Both the position numbers and the translations under genes were made by a program. Of a stretch of 64,000 bases of DNA, positions 1 to 8,969 are shown in pieces. The stretch's first letter is position 1, and the number at the start of each line of letters is the position of its first letter. Below the pieces are notes generated by a model. That model was not told where the DNA came from, ran no database searches, and saw nothing but the letters and a program-made list of their open reading frames with translations. Origin of the DNA: Methanobacteriota archaeon (GTDB lineage: Archaea > Thermoplasmatota > Thermoplasmata > SG8-5 > DAIRED01); NCBI GenBank assembly GCA_043799545.1, contig JAZDNO010000006.1:82091-146090 (forward strand), given 5' to 3'.

Positions 1-285
1 ATTAAACCGAAGGCCGGGAGCGGCGTTGGGGCGGTGGAGGTTCCGCGCGGTATACTCTTCCACGACTACACGTACGATGCCAACGGCCTGTGCACCAAGG
101 CGAACTGCGTCATACCGACGAACCAGAACCACAACAACATCCAAAAGGACATGGAGGCGTTCGCGCCCACGCTCCTCGACAGGCCGGAAAAGGAGATCGA
201 GCTAAACCTCGAGATGCTCGTGCGCGCCTACGACCCGTGCATCTCCTGCTCGACGCATTATTTAAAGGTCAAATTCGTGCGTTGA
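1..285 (+). CDS. [NiFe]-hydrogenase large subunit, C-terminal fragment (gene starts upstream of the window); paralog of the large subunit at 3201..4499
   Basis: Frame-1 ORF open to the window edge. It ends with the C-terminal Ni-ligand motif DPCISCSTH. The 83 aa are about 80% identical to the C-terminus of the 3201..4499 product (VDVPRGILFHDYTY...DPCISCSTHYLDVKFVR). Confidence 0.75.
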   Translation: MKPKAGSGVGAVEVPRGILFHDYTYDANGLCTKANCVIPTNQNHNNIQKDMEAFAPTLLDRPEKEIELNLEMLVRAYDPCISCSTHYLKVKFVR

Positions 286-399
286 GCCGGCAAGCAACGG
301 CCACGGAATCCTTGGACCGCCTTGCGTTATGGTGCATATTCAATGGTCGGTGTGGCAGGGGAAGCTATCGGAGGCGCCACAGTCGAAATGTAGCAATTC

Positions 400-408
400 T
401 TTTATAAG
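400..408 (+). promoter_or_regulatory. Candidate archaeal TATA box upstream of the hydrogenase operon
   Basis: ttttataag in an AT-richer intergenic stretch about 100 nt upstream of the TTG start at 503. A GGAGGTG Shine-Dalgarno-like motif lies at 491..497. Confidence 0.25.
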
Positions 409-502
409 ATGAAGCGTTTGGTCTTTTTCAATTTGCTACACCCGCCTGTGACGAATATGCGCGCGGGTCGGGCATCCCGCAGATCGTTTGGAGGTGTAGT
501 GT

Positions 503-2431
503 TTGAAGATAATACAAAAGGATGATTTCAAAGGGTTTGTGAACGCGCTGATAAAGGACAGCGGCATGGACGTTGAAGGCGTGAAGGCGAAGGGCCCGAA
601 GTTCGCCTTCGGGCCGCTGGACAGCGCCGACGAGCTCAGGCTCGATTACGACGTCACGCTCCTGCCCCCGAAAAAGTATTTCCTGCCTCAGTACGAACAG
701 TTGATGACCTTCGATTTGTCGAGCCCGTTCTCTGTCACCAGAGCCGAATACCCGCGCCGCAAGCTCATCATCGGCGTTCATCCCTACGATATTGTCGCGA
801 TTAGGCAGATGGATAGCTATTTCCTCGACACGGATGTATCGGCCAGCTACCTCAGGAGGAAGAAGAACATACTCATCATCGGCTGCGATGTCATGCGCGT
901 GCAGGACAAGGCCTTCTTCGGCTCGATGGGCACGGGGATGGTGCATTCTGGATACGACCTCTTCCTGACCGACCTGGGCGAGAAGGTGGCCATCGAGGTC
1001 GGAACTGAAGCGGGAAGCGACCTGCTCAGGTTCGCGACGAATGTGAGGGAGGCCACCCCGGTCGAGGTCCAGAAGGTCAAGGCGATGAGGGAGGCCACCG
1101 CGCTGAAGGCGACGCGCGGCCTGATGGTGAAGCCGAATGGCTGGCACGACCTGCTGGAGAAGGACTACGAGAGCGAGGTCTGGAAGAAGCAATCCGACAA
1201 ATGCCTGGCTTGCGGCACGTGCACGCTGGTCTGCCCGACGTGCTTCTGCTACGACGTCAAGGACGACATACACCTGACTTTAAAGACAGGCGAACGGTCT
1301 AGGACGTGGGACGGTTGCTTGCTCCGCCGGTTCACCGAGATAGGGTCCGGGGAGATATTCAGGGACGACATCCTCGACAGGTACAGGCACAGGATTCACA
1401 GGAAGGGTCGGTACCTCCCCGACCGATTGGGGTTCGTAGCCTGCGTGGGATGCGGTCGCTGCTCGAGCCAGTGCGTCCCGGACATTGCAGACCCGGTCAA
1501 CCTAATTAACATGCTGTTCGAGGCGTCGCCGCACCTGGTAACCGATTCGCTTTCCGACCCGCACACCGTGAAGACAGACTTCACGAATCTCCCCGAGGGC
1601 GACACGGCCAAGATGCTCCACATGCCTGTGCCGGCAACCATCAATAGGGTTGAGAAGCTCACGGCGAAGGAGACTCTGTTCGAGATATCTCTCGACGACG
1701 GGAAGGCGCTCGGTCACGTGCCCGGCCAGTTCGTCGAGGTCTCAATCGCCGGCATGGGAGAATCCCCGATATCCGTTTCGTCAGCGCCGGGAACCAAGAC
1801 CTTCGAGCTGGTAGTCAGGAAGGTCGGAGACGTCACGAGCAAGCTCCACACCATGAAGGCGGGAGATAAAATAGGAATCCGCGGGCCGTTCGGAAAGGGC
1901 TTCGACACCGAGGGTTTGAAGGGGAAGAACCTGCTCTTCATCGGGGCTGGCCTGGGCATGGTCCCGATGCGCTCCTTCATCAACCACGTGCTCAACAACC
2001 GCAAGGACTACGGCGAGGTGACGATACTCTATGGATGCAAGGAACCGTGCGAGATGCTCTTCGCCAAGGAAATAGGGTCATGGGGGAAGCGCGATGACAT
2101 ACAGCACAAGAGGGCTGTCGACAAGTGCCCCGAAGGAGCGTGCTGGGACGGCGAGATAGGCGTCATAACGACGTTGCTGCCGAAGGTCAAATTCGATCCC
2201 AAGACGACGGTCGCCATCGTCGTCGGACCTCCGATCGTCTACAAATTCGTGAACAGGGACCTGCTCAAGCTCGGTGTGCCTGAGGAGAACATCGTCGTCT
2301 CCCTCGAAAGGCGCATGAAGTGCGGCGTCGGCAAGTGCGGGCACTGCCAGATGAACGGCATCTACGTATGCAAGGAAGGGCCAGTGTTCAATCTAAAGGA
2401 CCTTAAGGGCGTGCAGGAGGCGTTCGAATGA
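503..2431 (+). CDS. Sulfhydrogenase-type hydrogenase beta-gamma fused subunit (4Fe-4S ferredoxin-like domain plus FAD/NAD(P)-binding domain plus PyrK-like 2Fe-2S domain)
   Basis: The N-terminal half carries CLACGTCTLVCPTCFC and CVGCGRCSSQC cysteine clusters. The C-terminal half has a ferredoxin-reductase-type FAD/NAD fold and the C-terminal CGVGKCGHCQ motif. TTG start preceded by GGAGGTG. Confidence 0.7.
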   Translation: MKIIQKDDFKGFVNALIKDSGMDVEGVKAKGPKFAFGPLDSADELRLDYDVTLLPPKKYFLPQYEQLMTFDLSSPFSVTRAEYPRRKLIIGVHPYDIVAIRQMDSYFLDTDVSASYLRRKKNILIIGCDVMRVQDKAFFGSMGTGMVHSGYDLFLTDLGEKVAIEVGTEAGSDLLRFATNVREATPVEVQKVKAMREATALKATRGLMVKPNGWHDLLEKDYESEVWKKQSDKCLACGTCTLVCPTCFCYDVKDDIHLTLKTGERSRTWDGCLLRRFTEIGSGEIFRDDILDRYRHRIHRKGRYLPDRLGFVACVGCGRCSSQCVPDIADPVNLINMLFEASPHLVTDSLSDPHTVKTDFTNLPEGDTAKMLHMPVPATINRVEKLTAKETLFEISLDDGKALGHVPGQFVEVSIAGMGESPISVSSAPGTKTFELVVRKVGDVTSKLHTMKAGDKIGIRGPFGKGFDTEGLKGKNLLFIGAGLGMVPMRSFINHVLNNRKDYGEVTILYGCKEPCEMLFAKEIGSWGKRDDIQHKRAVDKCPEGACWDGEIGVITTLLPKVKFDPKTTVAIVVGPPIVYKFVNRDLLKLGVPEENIVVSLERRMKCGVGKCGHCQMNGIYVCKEGPVFNLKDLKGVQEAFE

Positions 2432-3204
2432 CCAAACCGCGAGTTGCGTTCTTCGACTTCTCGAGCTGCGAGGGCTGCCAGCTCCAGGTCGTCAACCTGG
2501 AGGAGGCCATACTGGATGTCGTCGGGCTCGTCGACATAGTCGAATTCAGGGAGGCCATGAAAGAATCCTCGACAGAATACGACATTGCAATTATCGAGGG
2601 GTCCATCGCACGGCCGATGGACGTCGAGAGGATAAAGAAGATTAGGGAGAGGGCAAAGGTGCTAATCGCACTCGGGGCATGCGCCCACCTCGGCGGAGTA
2701 CAGAGGATGGGCAACAAATGGACCGCTGAGGAGAACAAGGCAGAAGTCTATGCGAGACACCCCGGCTCCGAGGTGACAAAGGGCGATGCCAACCCCTATT
2801 TCGACCAGCCCAGGCACAGGGCCGTGGACGAGATTGTCAAAGTGGACTACACGATTCCGGGATGCCCCATAGACTCGAACGAGTTTGCGAAGGTTCTGAT
2901 TGCTCTCCTGACGGGCAAGAAGCCGCCTATTCCAGACTACCCAGTTTGCGTGGAGTGCAAGAAGAACGAGAACATCTGCCTCTTCACCATCGGGCAGTTC
3001 TGCATGGGGCCGATAGCTAGGGCCGGATGCGGCGCGATATGCCCGACCCACGGCGGCGAGTGCGAGGCGTGCCGAGGGTACGTGGACCACCCGCACACGC
3101 AAGCCCAGACGGAAGTGCTAAAGAAGCACGGGCTGACGGTGGACGAAATCATGAACAGGAAGACAATGTACACTCACCGCTACGTCGAGGAGGGGAAACA
3201 ATGA
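2428..3204 (+). CDS. [NiFe]-hydrogenase small (delta) subunit, group 3
   Basis: N-terminal FDFSSCEGCQLQ motif of NuoB/hydrogenase small subunits, with additional Cys clusters (CVECKKNENICLF..CPTHGGECEAC). It overlaps the upstream stop by 4 nt and the downstream start by 4 nt. Confidence 0.7.
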   Translation: MTKPRVAFFDFSSCEGCQLQVVNLEEAILDVVGLVDIVEFREAMKESSTEYDIAIIEGSIARPMDVERIKKIRERAKVLIALGACAHLGGVQRMGNKWTAEENKAEVYARHPGSEVTKGDANPYFDQPRHRAVDEIVKVDYTIPGCPIDSNEFAKVLIALLTGKKPPIPDYPVCVECKKNENICLFTIGQFCMGPIARAGCGAICPTHGGECEACRGYVDHPHTQAQTEVLKKHGLTVDEIMNRKTMYTHRYVEEGKQ

Positions 3205-4499
3205 GCAACGTCAACATCAACGTCGAGCACCTGACAAGGGTCGAGGGCCACGGCAACATTGTGCTGAACGCGAAGGACGGCAAAATCGAGAAGGTGCAGT
3301 GGCAGGTTTCCGAGGCCCCGCGCTTCTTCGAATCGTTCGTCAGGGGGAGGCCATACAACGAGCTCAGCCACATCACCTCTAGGATTTGCGGCATCTGCTC
3401 CATCGGGCATTCGCTCGCCTCCCTAAAGGCCACAGAAGCCGCAATGGGCATCCATACTTCGGAGCAGACCGAGATTCTCAGGCGGCTCGCGATACACGCG
3501 GAGAACATTCAGAGCCACGTTCTTCATGTGGGCTACCTGGTCGCTCCCGACTTGCTGGGGGCGCCGAGTGTGATTCCTCTTGCGGGCACGCACACTGGCG
3601 CAGTTCTGAAAATCGTCGGGTTGCACCGCTTGGCTAACGAGTACTCCAACATGATTTGCGGAAGGACAGTCCACCCGATCAGCCTCATCCCGGGCGGCTT
3701 CAGTCACATCCCTTCCGAGAAGCAGCTTAAGGGACTGAGGAAGAAGATTGCAGATGCGGTTCCTGATGTCGTCGCAGTCGCGGAGATAGTTCTGGCAAAC
3801 GCGCACAAGCTACCGAACTTCTCTCGCGAAACGGAGTTCATAGCCCTCACGGCAGACGACGAATATGCCATCTACGACGGGGACATGGGCTCGACGGACG
3901 GCGGTCGCTGGCCGGTCGACAAATACCTTGAAATTACCAACGAATTCGTGGTCCCGCATTCGACGGCAAAGTTCACTAGGCACAAGCGCGAATCGTACAT
4001 GGTCGGGGCGCTCGCACGCTTCAACCTCAACTACGACAAGCTGACCCCGGGGGCAAAGGAATGGGCCGGGAAATTCGGCCTGAAGCCAGTCAACCACAAC
4101 CCGTTCATGAACAGCGTCGCGCAGCTCGTGGAAACCGTGCACAGCTTCGAGGACTCGATAGCGCAAATCGACAAACTCATCGGGATGGGAATCGACGTCA
4201 ACGAGAGGCCGAAGTTCGCAGTCAAGGCCGGTCATGGCGTGGGTGCGGTGGACGTGCCGAGGGGAATCCTCTTCCATGATTACACATACAACGACAAGGG
4301 CATTTGCACTAAAGCCAACTGCATCATCCCCACCAACCAGAACCACAACAACATAAACCAGGACTTCAAAGCGTTCGCGCCGACGATAATCGACAAGCCA
4401 GAGAAGGAAATCGAGCTTCTGATGGAAATGCTGGTTCGCGCGTACGACCCGTGCATCTCCTGCTCGACGCACTACCTTGACGTGAAATTCGTGCGTTGA
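3201..4499 (+). CDS. [NiFe]-hydrogenase large (alpha) subunit, group 3
   Basis: N-terminal RICGICSIGH (RxCGxC) and C-terminal DPCISCSTH (DPCxxCxxH) Ni-Fe ligand motifs. The ATG at 3201 (MSNVNINVEH) makes an ATGA overlap with the small-subunit stop. The longer tracked ORF from 3027 is an upstream read-through. Confidence 0.85.
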   Translation: MSNVNINVEHLTRVEGHGNIVLNAKDGKIEKVQWQVSEAPRFFESFVRGRPYNELSHITSRICGICSIGHSLASLKATEAAMGIHTSEQTEILRRLAIHAENIQSHVLHVGYLVAPDLLGAPSVIPLAGTHTGAVLKIVGLHRLANEYSNMICGRTVHPISLIPGGFSHIPSEKQLKGLRKKIADAVPDVVAVAEIVLANAHKLPNFSRETEFIALTADDEYAIYDGDMGSTDGGRWPVDKYLEITNEFVVPHSTAKFTRHKRESYMVGALARFNLNYDKLTPGAKEWAGKFGLKPVNHNPFMNSVAQLVETVHSFEDSIAQIDKLIGMGIDVNERPKFAVKAGHGVGAVDVPRGILFHDYTYNDKGICTKANCIIPTNQNHNNINQDFKAFAPTIIDKPEKEIELLMEMLVRAYDPCISCSTHYLDVKFVR

Positions 4500-4620
4500 T
4501 TGGATGTATCGCATTTCGAGAAAGCCGAAGCAGGAACCCAGGAGCGTCGGCCAGGGCACTAATAAACGTCGACAGGTTAAGGAAAGCCCGGGATTGCGAC
4601 AATCGGTCATCCGTGGCAAG

Positions 4621-5091
4621 ATGCCAAAAGCCGCCGTCATAGGAATAGGCAACCCCCTGATGTGCGACGACGGTGCGGGAATCGAGGTTCTGGACGCCCT
4701 TCGGAAGATGACCTTGCCCGCAGGCGTGGACATACTGGACTGCGGGACCGGAGGGATGGCTCTCTTGCATGCGCTGGCGGATTATCGCGCCGTCGCAATC
4801 GTGGACGCGGTCGATTTCGGGGGCAGGCCTGGAGAAGTGAAATCTTTCTCCCCGGACGATGCCGTCTCCATAAAGGAGCTCAAGCGCCTGTCGCTCCACG
4901 AAGGGGACGCCTTCGAGACAATCGTTCTGGCAAGAAGGCTGGGCCAGTGCCCAGAGAATATAGTCATCTGCGCAATCCAGCCCAAGCGGATCGAGCCCAG
5001 GCACGGGATGACCCGCGACGTGCGCTCGAAGCTGCCAGAACTCGCCTCTCAGGCGCGCCTGGCTCTCGAGCGGCTTTTAGCCAGCCGTTGA
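4621..5091 (+). CDS. Hydrogenase maturation endopeptidase (HycI/HyaD/FrhD family)
   Basis: AVIGIGNPLMCDDGAGIEVLDAL matches the hydrogenase maturation protease signature. I place the start at the ATG at 4621, not at the tracked ORF start of 4504. Confidence 0.75.
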   Translation: MPKAAVIGIGNPLMCDDGAGIEVLDALRKMTLPAGVDILDCGTGGMALLHALADYRAVAIVDAVDFGGRPGEVKSFSPDDAVSIKELKRLSLHEGDAFETIVLARRLGQCPENIVICAIQPKRIEPRHGMTRDVRSKLPELASQARLALERLLASR

Positions 5092-5774
5092 GCCTTCTTC
5101 TCAAGCATCGCCCGCACTTTCTCCCCTTCGAGCTCCCGTAGCGCGTCGCGGGCTATCCACCGGCTCGATTTGGCGTCGATGGCTAGGATCCTTTTCGCCG
5201 CCGCTATCGCCGCCTTGTTCAGGGCCAGGTTTCTTTTCCCTATCCCCCTCAGCGCCCAGTTGACGGCCTTTTTCACGTAATTTCTCTCGTCCGAGGACGC
5301 CCTTTCGATGAGCGGAAGCAAGGAGGCAAACTTCGAGTCCGGCGCATTTTTATCTAGAATCGCAAGGGACGCGATGAGACTGAATGCGGCCCTTCTCTCG
5401 AACTCCATCTCGCTCTCGCTCCACTCTGTCGCCTTCCGGTATGCGAACGGAGTGTACCTCATCAACCACATGCAGAAGGCATCGCACACGTCCCAAGAAT
5501 CGATTCCCCCGACCATAATCTCCGCCTGCTCCTCGGTCATCTTCTCAGGTTCGCCGACCAGCGTTGCCAGCAGCCTCGCGTCGTGGATTCCCGAATCCCA
5601 CAGGAGCATGGCCAGCTCGTGGTCCTTACCGATTTCCGAGGACATTTTCCGCAGCGAGGAGATTGAGTTGCCGTAATTGTTTTTCGGATTGATTCCATAT
5701 CTGGCCATCCCCTCTACGTTGCGGGGGTTGGCGCTCGCGCGCAGCTCGTTCAATATTGCCTTCAATTCAACCAC
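5049..5774 (-). CDS. DNA alkylation repair enzyme (AlkD/AlkC-like HEAT-repeat glycosylase family)
   Basis: 241 aa, all-helical HEAT-like repeats. N-terminal ELKAILNELRASANPRNVEGMARYGI and WDVCDAF match the DNA alkylation repair (AlkD-like) family. Confidence 0.65.
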   Translation of the reverse strand: MVELKAILNELRASANPRNVEGMARYGINPKNNYGNSISSLRKMSSEIGKDHELAMLLWDSGIHDARLLATLVGEPEKMTEEQAEIMVGGIDSWDVCDAFCMWLMRYTPFAYRKATEWSESEMEFERRAAFSLIASLAILDKNAPDSKFASLLPLIERASSDERNYVKKAVNWALRGIGKRNLALNKAAIAAAKRILAIDAKSSRWIARDALRELEGEKVRAMLEKKAQRLAKSRSRARRA

Positions 5775-5778
5775 GTCG

Positions 5779-6666
5779 TCACCCCTTCGCCGGCTTTGCT
5801 TGTCCGAGTCCGGAGGCTAGCAGTATGCCAACAAAGACCAGCGGGGCGCCGAACATCGTCCACTCCGTTGGAGCCTCGCTGAGTATCAGCCAGGCCATAA
5901 TGCTTGAAAGGATGGGCTCGCCCAGCAGGCTCGTCGACACGATGAAAGCCGAAACGCGTCCGAGGGCGTAGTTGTACATCGTGTGCCCCAGCACGCCGGC
6001 GACCGCAGCCATCGCAAGGAGTATGTACCAGTCGTTCCCCGATGTTGGGGCGAACCCCGATTCTAGAAACGCCAGCGGAGCCAGAAACGCCGTGGCGAAA
6101 CCGTAGACGATAAGGCAGTAGGCGCCCGTGTTGAGCCGCTTTCTCTGAAGCCGCCCCCCGACGATGTAGGTTCCTGCGGCCAGAGCCCCGCCGATGGCGA
6201 GCAGGTCTCCGGCGAGCCCATCGCCCGACAGGTCACCCGCGAACATTATCGCCACGCCTACGAAGGCCACGAATGCGCCGATTAGCGCGCTCTTCTTCGG
6301 GCTCTCACCGAGGAATGCGAACGAAATCGCCGCCACGAAAATCGGGTGCGTGGTGACGAGCACGGTGCTGTTGGCCACCGAGGTCATTCCCAGCGATGTG
6401 ACCCACAGCGAGAAATGCACGGCAAGGACAAGGCCTATGCCCGCAAGCTTCGCCCACTCCCCCTTGCTCAGCCCCGCGAAGCAACCCCCGTCCTTCGCCA
6501 GGGCCCAAGGCGCGACCATCAGCGTCGTGAAAAGCAGCCTGTAAAATGCCACGGTCAATGGACCGGACTCGCACATTCTTATCATCACCGCGGCTGTCGA
6601 AACAGATATGATGGCAGCGACGACGGCGACCTTCGACCGCCCGTCCTCGTCCGCTGGAATTATCAT
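5779..6666 (-). CDS. EamA/DMT-superfamily transporter
   Basis: About 10 predicted TM helices with the duplicated EamA-like architecture. Likely start MIIPADEDG at 6666; the tracked ORF extends to 6729. Confidence 0.55.
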   Translation of the reverse strand: MIIPADEDGRSKVAVVAAIISVSTAAVMIRMCESGPLTVAFYRLLFTTLMVAPWALAKDGGCFAGLSKGEWAKLAGIGLVLAVHFSLWVTSLGMTSVANSTVLVTTHPIFVAAISFAFLGESPKKSALIGAFVAFVGVAIMFAGDLSGDGLAGDLLAIGGALAAGTYIVGGRLQRKRLNTGAYCLIVYGFATAFLAPLAFLESGFAPTSGNDWYILLAMAAVAGVLGHTMYNYALGRVSAFIVSTSLLGEPILSSIMAWLILSEAPTEWTMFGAPLVFVGILLASGLGQAKPAKG

Positions 6667-6677
6667 CAAGTGCCACC

Positions 6678-7055
6678 TCAGCCGTATCCGTCCATGCCCC
6701 AGGCGAGCGGAGTTGCCTTGGCCGCGCATTCTCCGCCGTGGCGGGCGAAATCCCTCACCTGGTTTCTGAGAATCGTCTCATGGACGGCGCCCACGATGTC
6801 CCCTACCCTGTTCCCTTTGCATAGGAAGACGAAGCTCGGAACGCCCATGACGCCGAAACGCCGCGCGAGAGCCTGATTCGCCTGCGCGTTGACGCGGACA
6901 AAGTTGGCGTACCCGGAAAGCTCGCGCGAAAGCCCCTCGTAGACGGTAGCGTTGGCGGCGCAGTTGACACACGTGTGGGTGTAGAACTCGACCACGACCA
7001 TCTTCGGGCCGCTCATGGTAGCATCGAAGTTCGATTCGTCGAGCTCTTCAATCAT
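6678..7055 (-). CDS. Thioredoxin-fold protein
   Basis: 125 aa with a CVNC (CxxC) active-site-like motif in the thioredoxin position (VVEFYTHTCVNCAA) and a VPSFVF beta-strand motif. Confidence 0.6.
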   Translation of the reverse strand: MIEELDESNFDATMSGPKMVVVEFYTHTCVNCAANATVYEGLSRELSGYANFVRVNAQANQALARRFGVMGVPSFVFLCKGNRVGDIVGAVHETILRNQVRDFARHGGECAAKATPLAWGMDGYG

Positions 7056-7068
7056 CGCGCACCGTAGC

Positions 7069-8328
7069 CTAGCGCTGCTGTGGAAGGTATGGCAGGAGCT
7101 GCTCGGCGAAAGCGGGCAGGTGCCTGGTCTGCATCAATATCCTGCCTGGCCCCACGAAGTCCGTCACGAGCCCCTCGCCGCTGAGAATAGTCGACTTCCA
7201 GTTGCCTATCCTACGGACGCTGAACTGCATCGTGTCCGGGAAGGCGACTATGTGCCCCGTGTCCACGGCCAGGACCTCGCCCGGCTTCAAGTCCTTCTCT
7301 ATTATGGCCCCGAAGGATGAAACCCAGAGCGTCCCGGGTCCCAAAGCGTGGAGCATTATGAAGTCCCTGTCCGTCAGGAACCCTTTCAGCCCCTGCCATT
7401 TCGTGTCCAGGTTGACCTGGGGGTCGGACGCGAGGTATGCGCCGCTCTGGAGTATCATCCCCTGGTGCAGCTCTATCGGCTTTATGTCGCCCATGACCGG
7501 TCCGACGAACGCGATGTCTCCAAGCCCGCGAGCGGCGGTGAAAGTGTTCACGAAGAATGACTCCCCGCCGAAAGCGGAAGTGGCCAGGCCCTTGAGGATG
7601 CCGCCCTTCCGGCCGTGTGTGTCTATGTCGATTGTGTTGTGCATGTACATCATCGCCCCGGCCTCGGCAGTCACCTGCTGGCCGGGCTTGAGATGGAAGA
7701 CAATCATCGAGAACGACGGGGCCTGGGAAATCTCGTTTTCGAGTCTCTGCTGCGGTTGGAATGCCGGCTGGTACGGTTGATGGCCGCCTTGAGGTGCCGC
7801 ATACTGGCTTTGGGGCTGTTGCGGAGCGTAAGGCGGTTGGACCGCATGCTGGGGCTGGGGGTGGACCGGTGGCAGGGGCTGCGGCGAGGCGGGCTGACGG
7901 TGGACCGGTTGCTGCTGCGGAGCCGACGGCGATGCCTGGTATGCCCCTTGCTGCTGGTATGTCGGTTGCTGGCCGTAGGGCTGCTGAGGTGTGTTTGTAG
8001 GAGGAGGCGCCATTTGCGGATGCTGAGCTGGCTGAGGCGGATATTGATGGGCGGCGTGTGGGTTTTGCAGCGGTTGCTGCGCGACCGGTTGCCGGTACTG
8101 CTGGGCCGCCGGTTGCTGCTGCGCTTGATACACTTGCTGAGGTTGATATGGGGGCTGTGGCGGCGCTGTTAGTGGCTTGTACTGCTGGGCGGGGGGTTGC
8201 TGCTGCGCCTGGGCAGTCGGTTGCTGGTATTGGTTGCATCTGTTGCAGTACCATTGCGAGTACTGCTGGACGAAATTCATCTGGCCACCGCACTTCGGAC
8301 AGGAGCTCAAGGGAACACCTCCCGTCAC
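7069..8328 (-). CDS. Zn-ribbon plus P/Q-rich linker plus AIM24/TIGR00266 (DUF124) domain protein
   Basis: N-terminal CPKCGGQMNF..WYCNRCNQY zinc ribbon, about 170 aa of PQ-rich low complexity, and a C-terminal about 230-aa domain (TIDIDTHGRKGGILKG...AFPDTMQFSVRRIG) matching the AIM24/DUF124 family. Confidence 0.6.
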   Translation of the reverse strand: MTGGVPLSSCPKCGGQMNFVQQYSQWYCNRCNQYQQPTAQAQQQPPAQQYKPLTAPPQPPYQPQQVYQAQQQPAAQQYRQPVAQQPLQNPHAAHQYPPQPAQHPQMAPPPTNTPQQPYGQQPTYQQQGAYQASPSAPQQQPVHRQPASPQPLPPVHPQPQHAVQPPYAPQQPQSQYAAPQGGHQPYQPAFQPQQRLENEISQAPSFSMIVFHLKPGQQVTAEAGAMMYMHNTIDIDTHGRKGGILKGLATSAFGGESFFVNTFTAARGLGDIAFVGPVMGDIKPIELHQGMILQSGAYLASDPQVNLDTKWQGLKGFLTDRDFIMLHALGPGTLWVSSFGAIIEKDLKPGEVLAVDTGHIVAFPDTMQFSVRRIGNWKSTILSGEGLVTDFVGPGRILMQTRHLPAFAEQLLPYLPQQR

Positions 8329-8384
8329 AATCGCCCATTACGGATAAGTATCTTTCTGATGAGCCCGCCCGCGTGAACCGTTGG

Positions 8385-8969
8385 TCAATTTTTGCGAGCG
8401 CGCTGGCGGACCGCCTCGTAAATCATGATCGCGGCGCTGACCGAAGCGTTCAACGACGGCGTTTCGCCGTGCATCGGTATCCTGGCGACGTCGTCGCAAA
8501 GCTCCTTCGTGAGCCTGCCCAGCCCCCTGTCCTCGCCCCCTATGACTATGGCGGTGGGGCCAGTAAAATCGTAGCTATAGTATGGCTTGCGACCGCCCAT
8601 GTCGGCGGCGACTGTCCAGATTCCATCGCGCTTGAGCTGGTCCAGCGCGCCGGGGATGCTGCTCACCCTCGCGACCGGGAGGTAATCGACAGCGCCTGCA
8701 GACGCGCGCAAAGCCCCGATTCCAAGGGGGGCCGCCCTCCTGTCGGGTATCACCACGCCGTGGGCTCCGGCGCATTCGGCCGTCCTGACGACCGCGCCGA
8801 GATTGTGCGGGTCCTCGACGCAATCCAGAAGTATGATTAAGGGAGCTTCGCCGCGCTCTTTGGCGATATCAAGGATGTCGCCGAGCGTGACGTATGCCGA
8901 GGGTGCGCGGCCTTCGGCCCCCCCCCTCTGGCGGCTACGCCGACCCTTCGAGTTTCGCAAGGTAGTCAA
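8385..8969 (-). CDS. SpoU/TrmH-family RNA 2'-O-methyltransferase
   Basis: Knotted SPOUT motifs (DCVEDPHNLGAVVRTAE, IVIGGEDRGL, ETPSLNASVSAAIMIYE). The exact start is uncertain; 35 nt overlap with the upstream ORF. Confidence 0.75.
   Translation of the reverse strand: MTTLRNSKGRRSRQRGGAEGRAPSAYVTLGDILDIAKERGEAPLIILLDCVEDPHNLGAVVRTAECAGAHGVVIPDRRAAPLGIGALRASAGAVDYLPVARVSSIPGALDQLKRDGIWTVAADMGGRKPYYSYDFTGPTAIVIGGEDRGLGRLTKELCDDVARIPMHGETPSLNASVSAAIMIYEAVRQRARKN

Noticed and set aside
428-1273. 281-aa antisense ORF inside the hydrogenase beta-gamma gene. Similar long antisense ORFs occur inside rad50, the TPR genes and the giant surface gene (for example 25884..27539 and 57603..59159).
   Set aside because: All are R/A/S/P-rich low-complexity translations opposite genes with strong motif support. 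They are GC-driven open frames, not genes.
4504-4620. N-terminal 39-aa extension of the hydrogenase maturation protease ORF
   Set aside because: The extension (MYRISRKPKQEPRS...) is unlike protease N-termini. The conserved family N-terminus begins at the ATG at 4621, so the upstream part is read-through.
7211-8338. 375-aa ORF on the same strand as the AIM24 gene but in another frame
   Set aside because: It is Arg/Ala/Pro-rich with no motifs, typical of the shadow ORFs produced by 60% GC. The AIM24 frame carries a recognisable conserved domain and a Zn ribbon.
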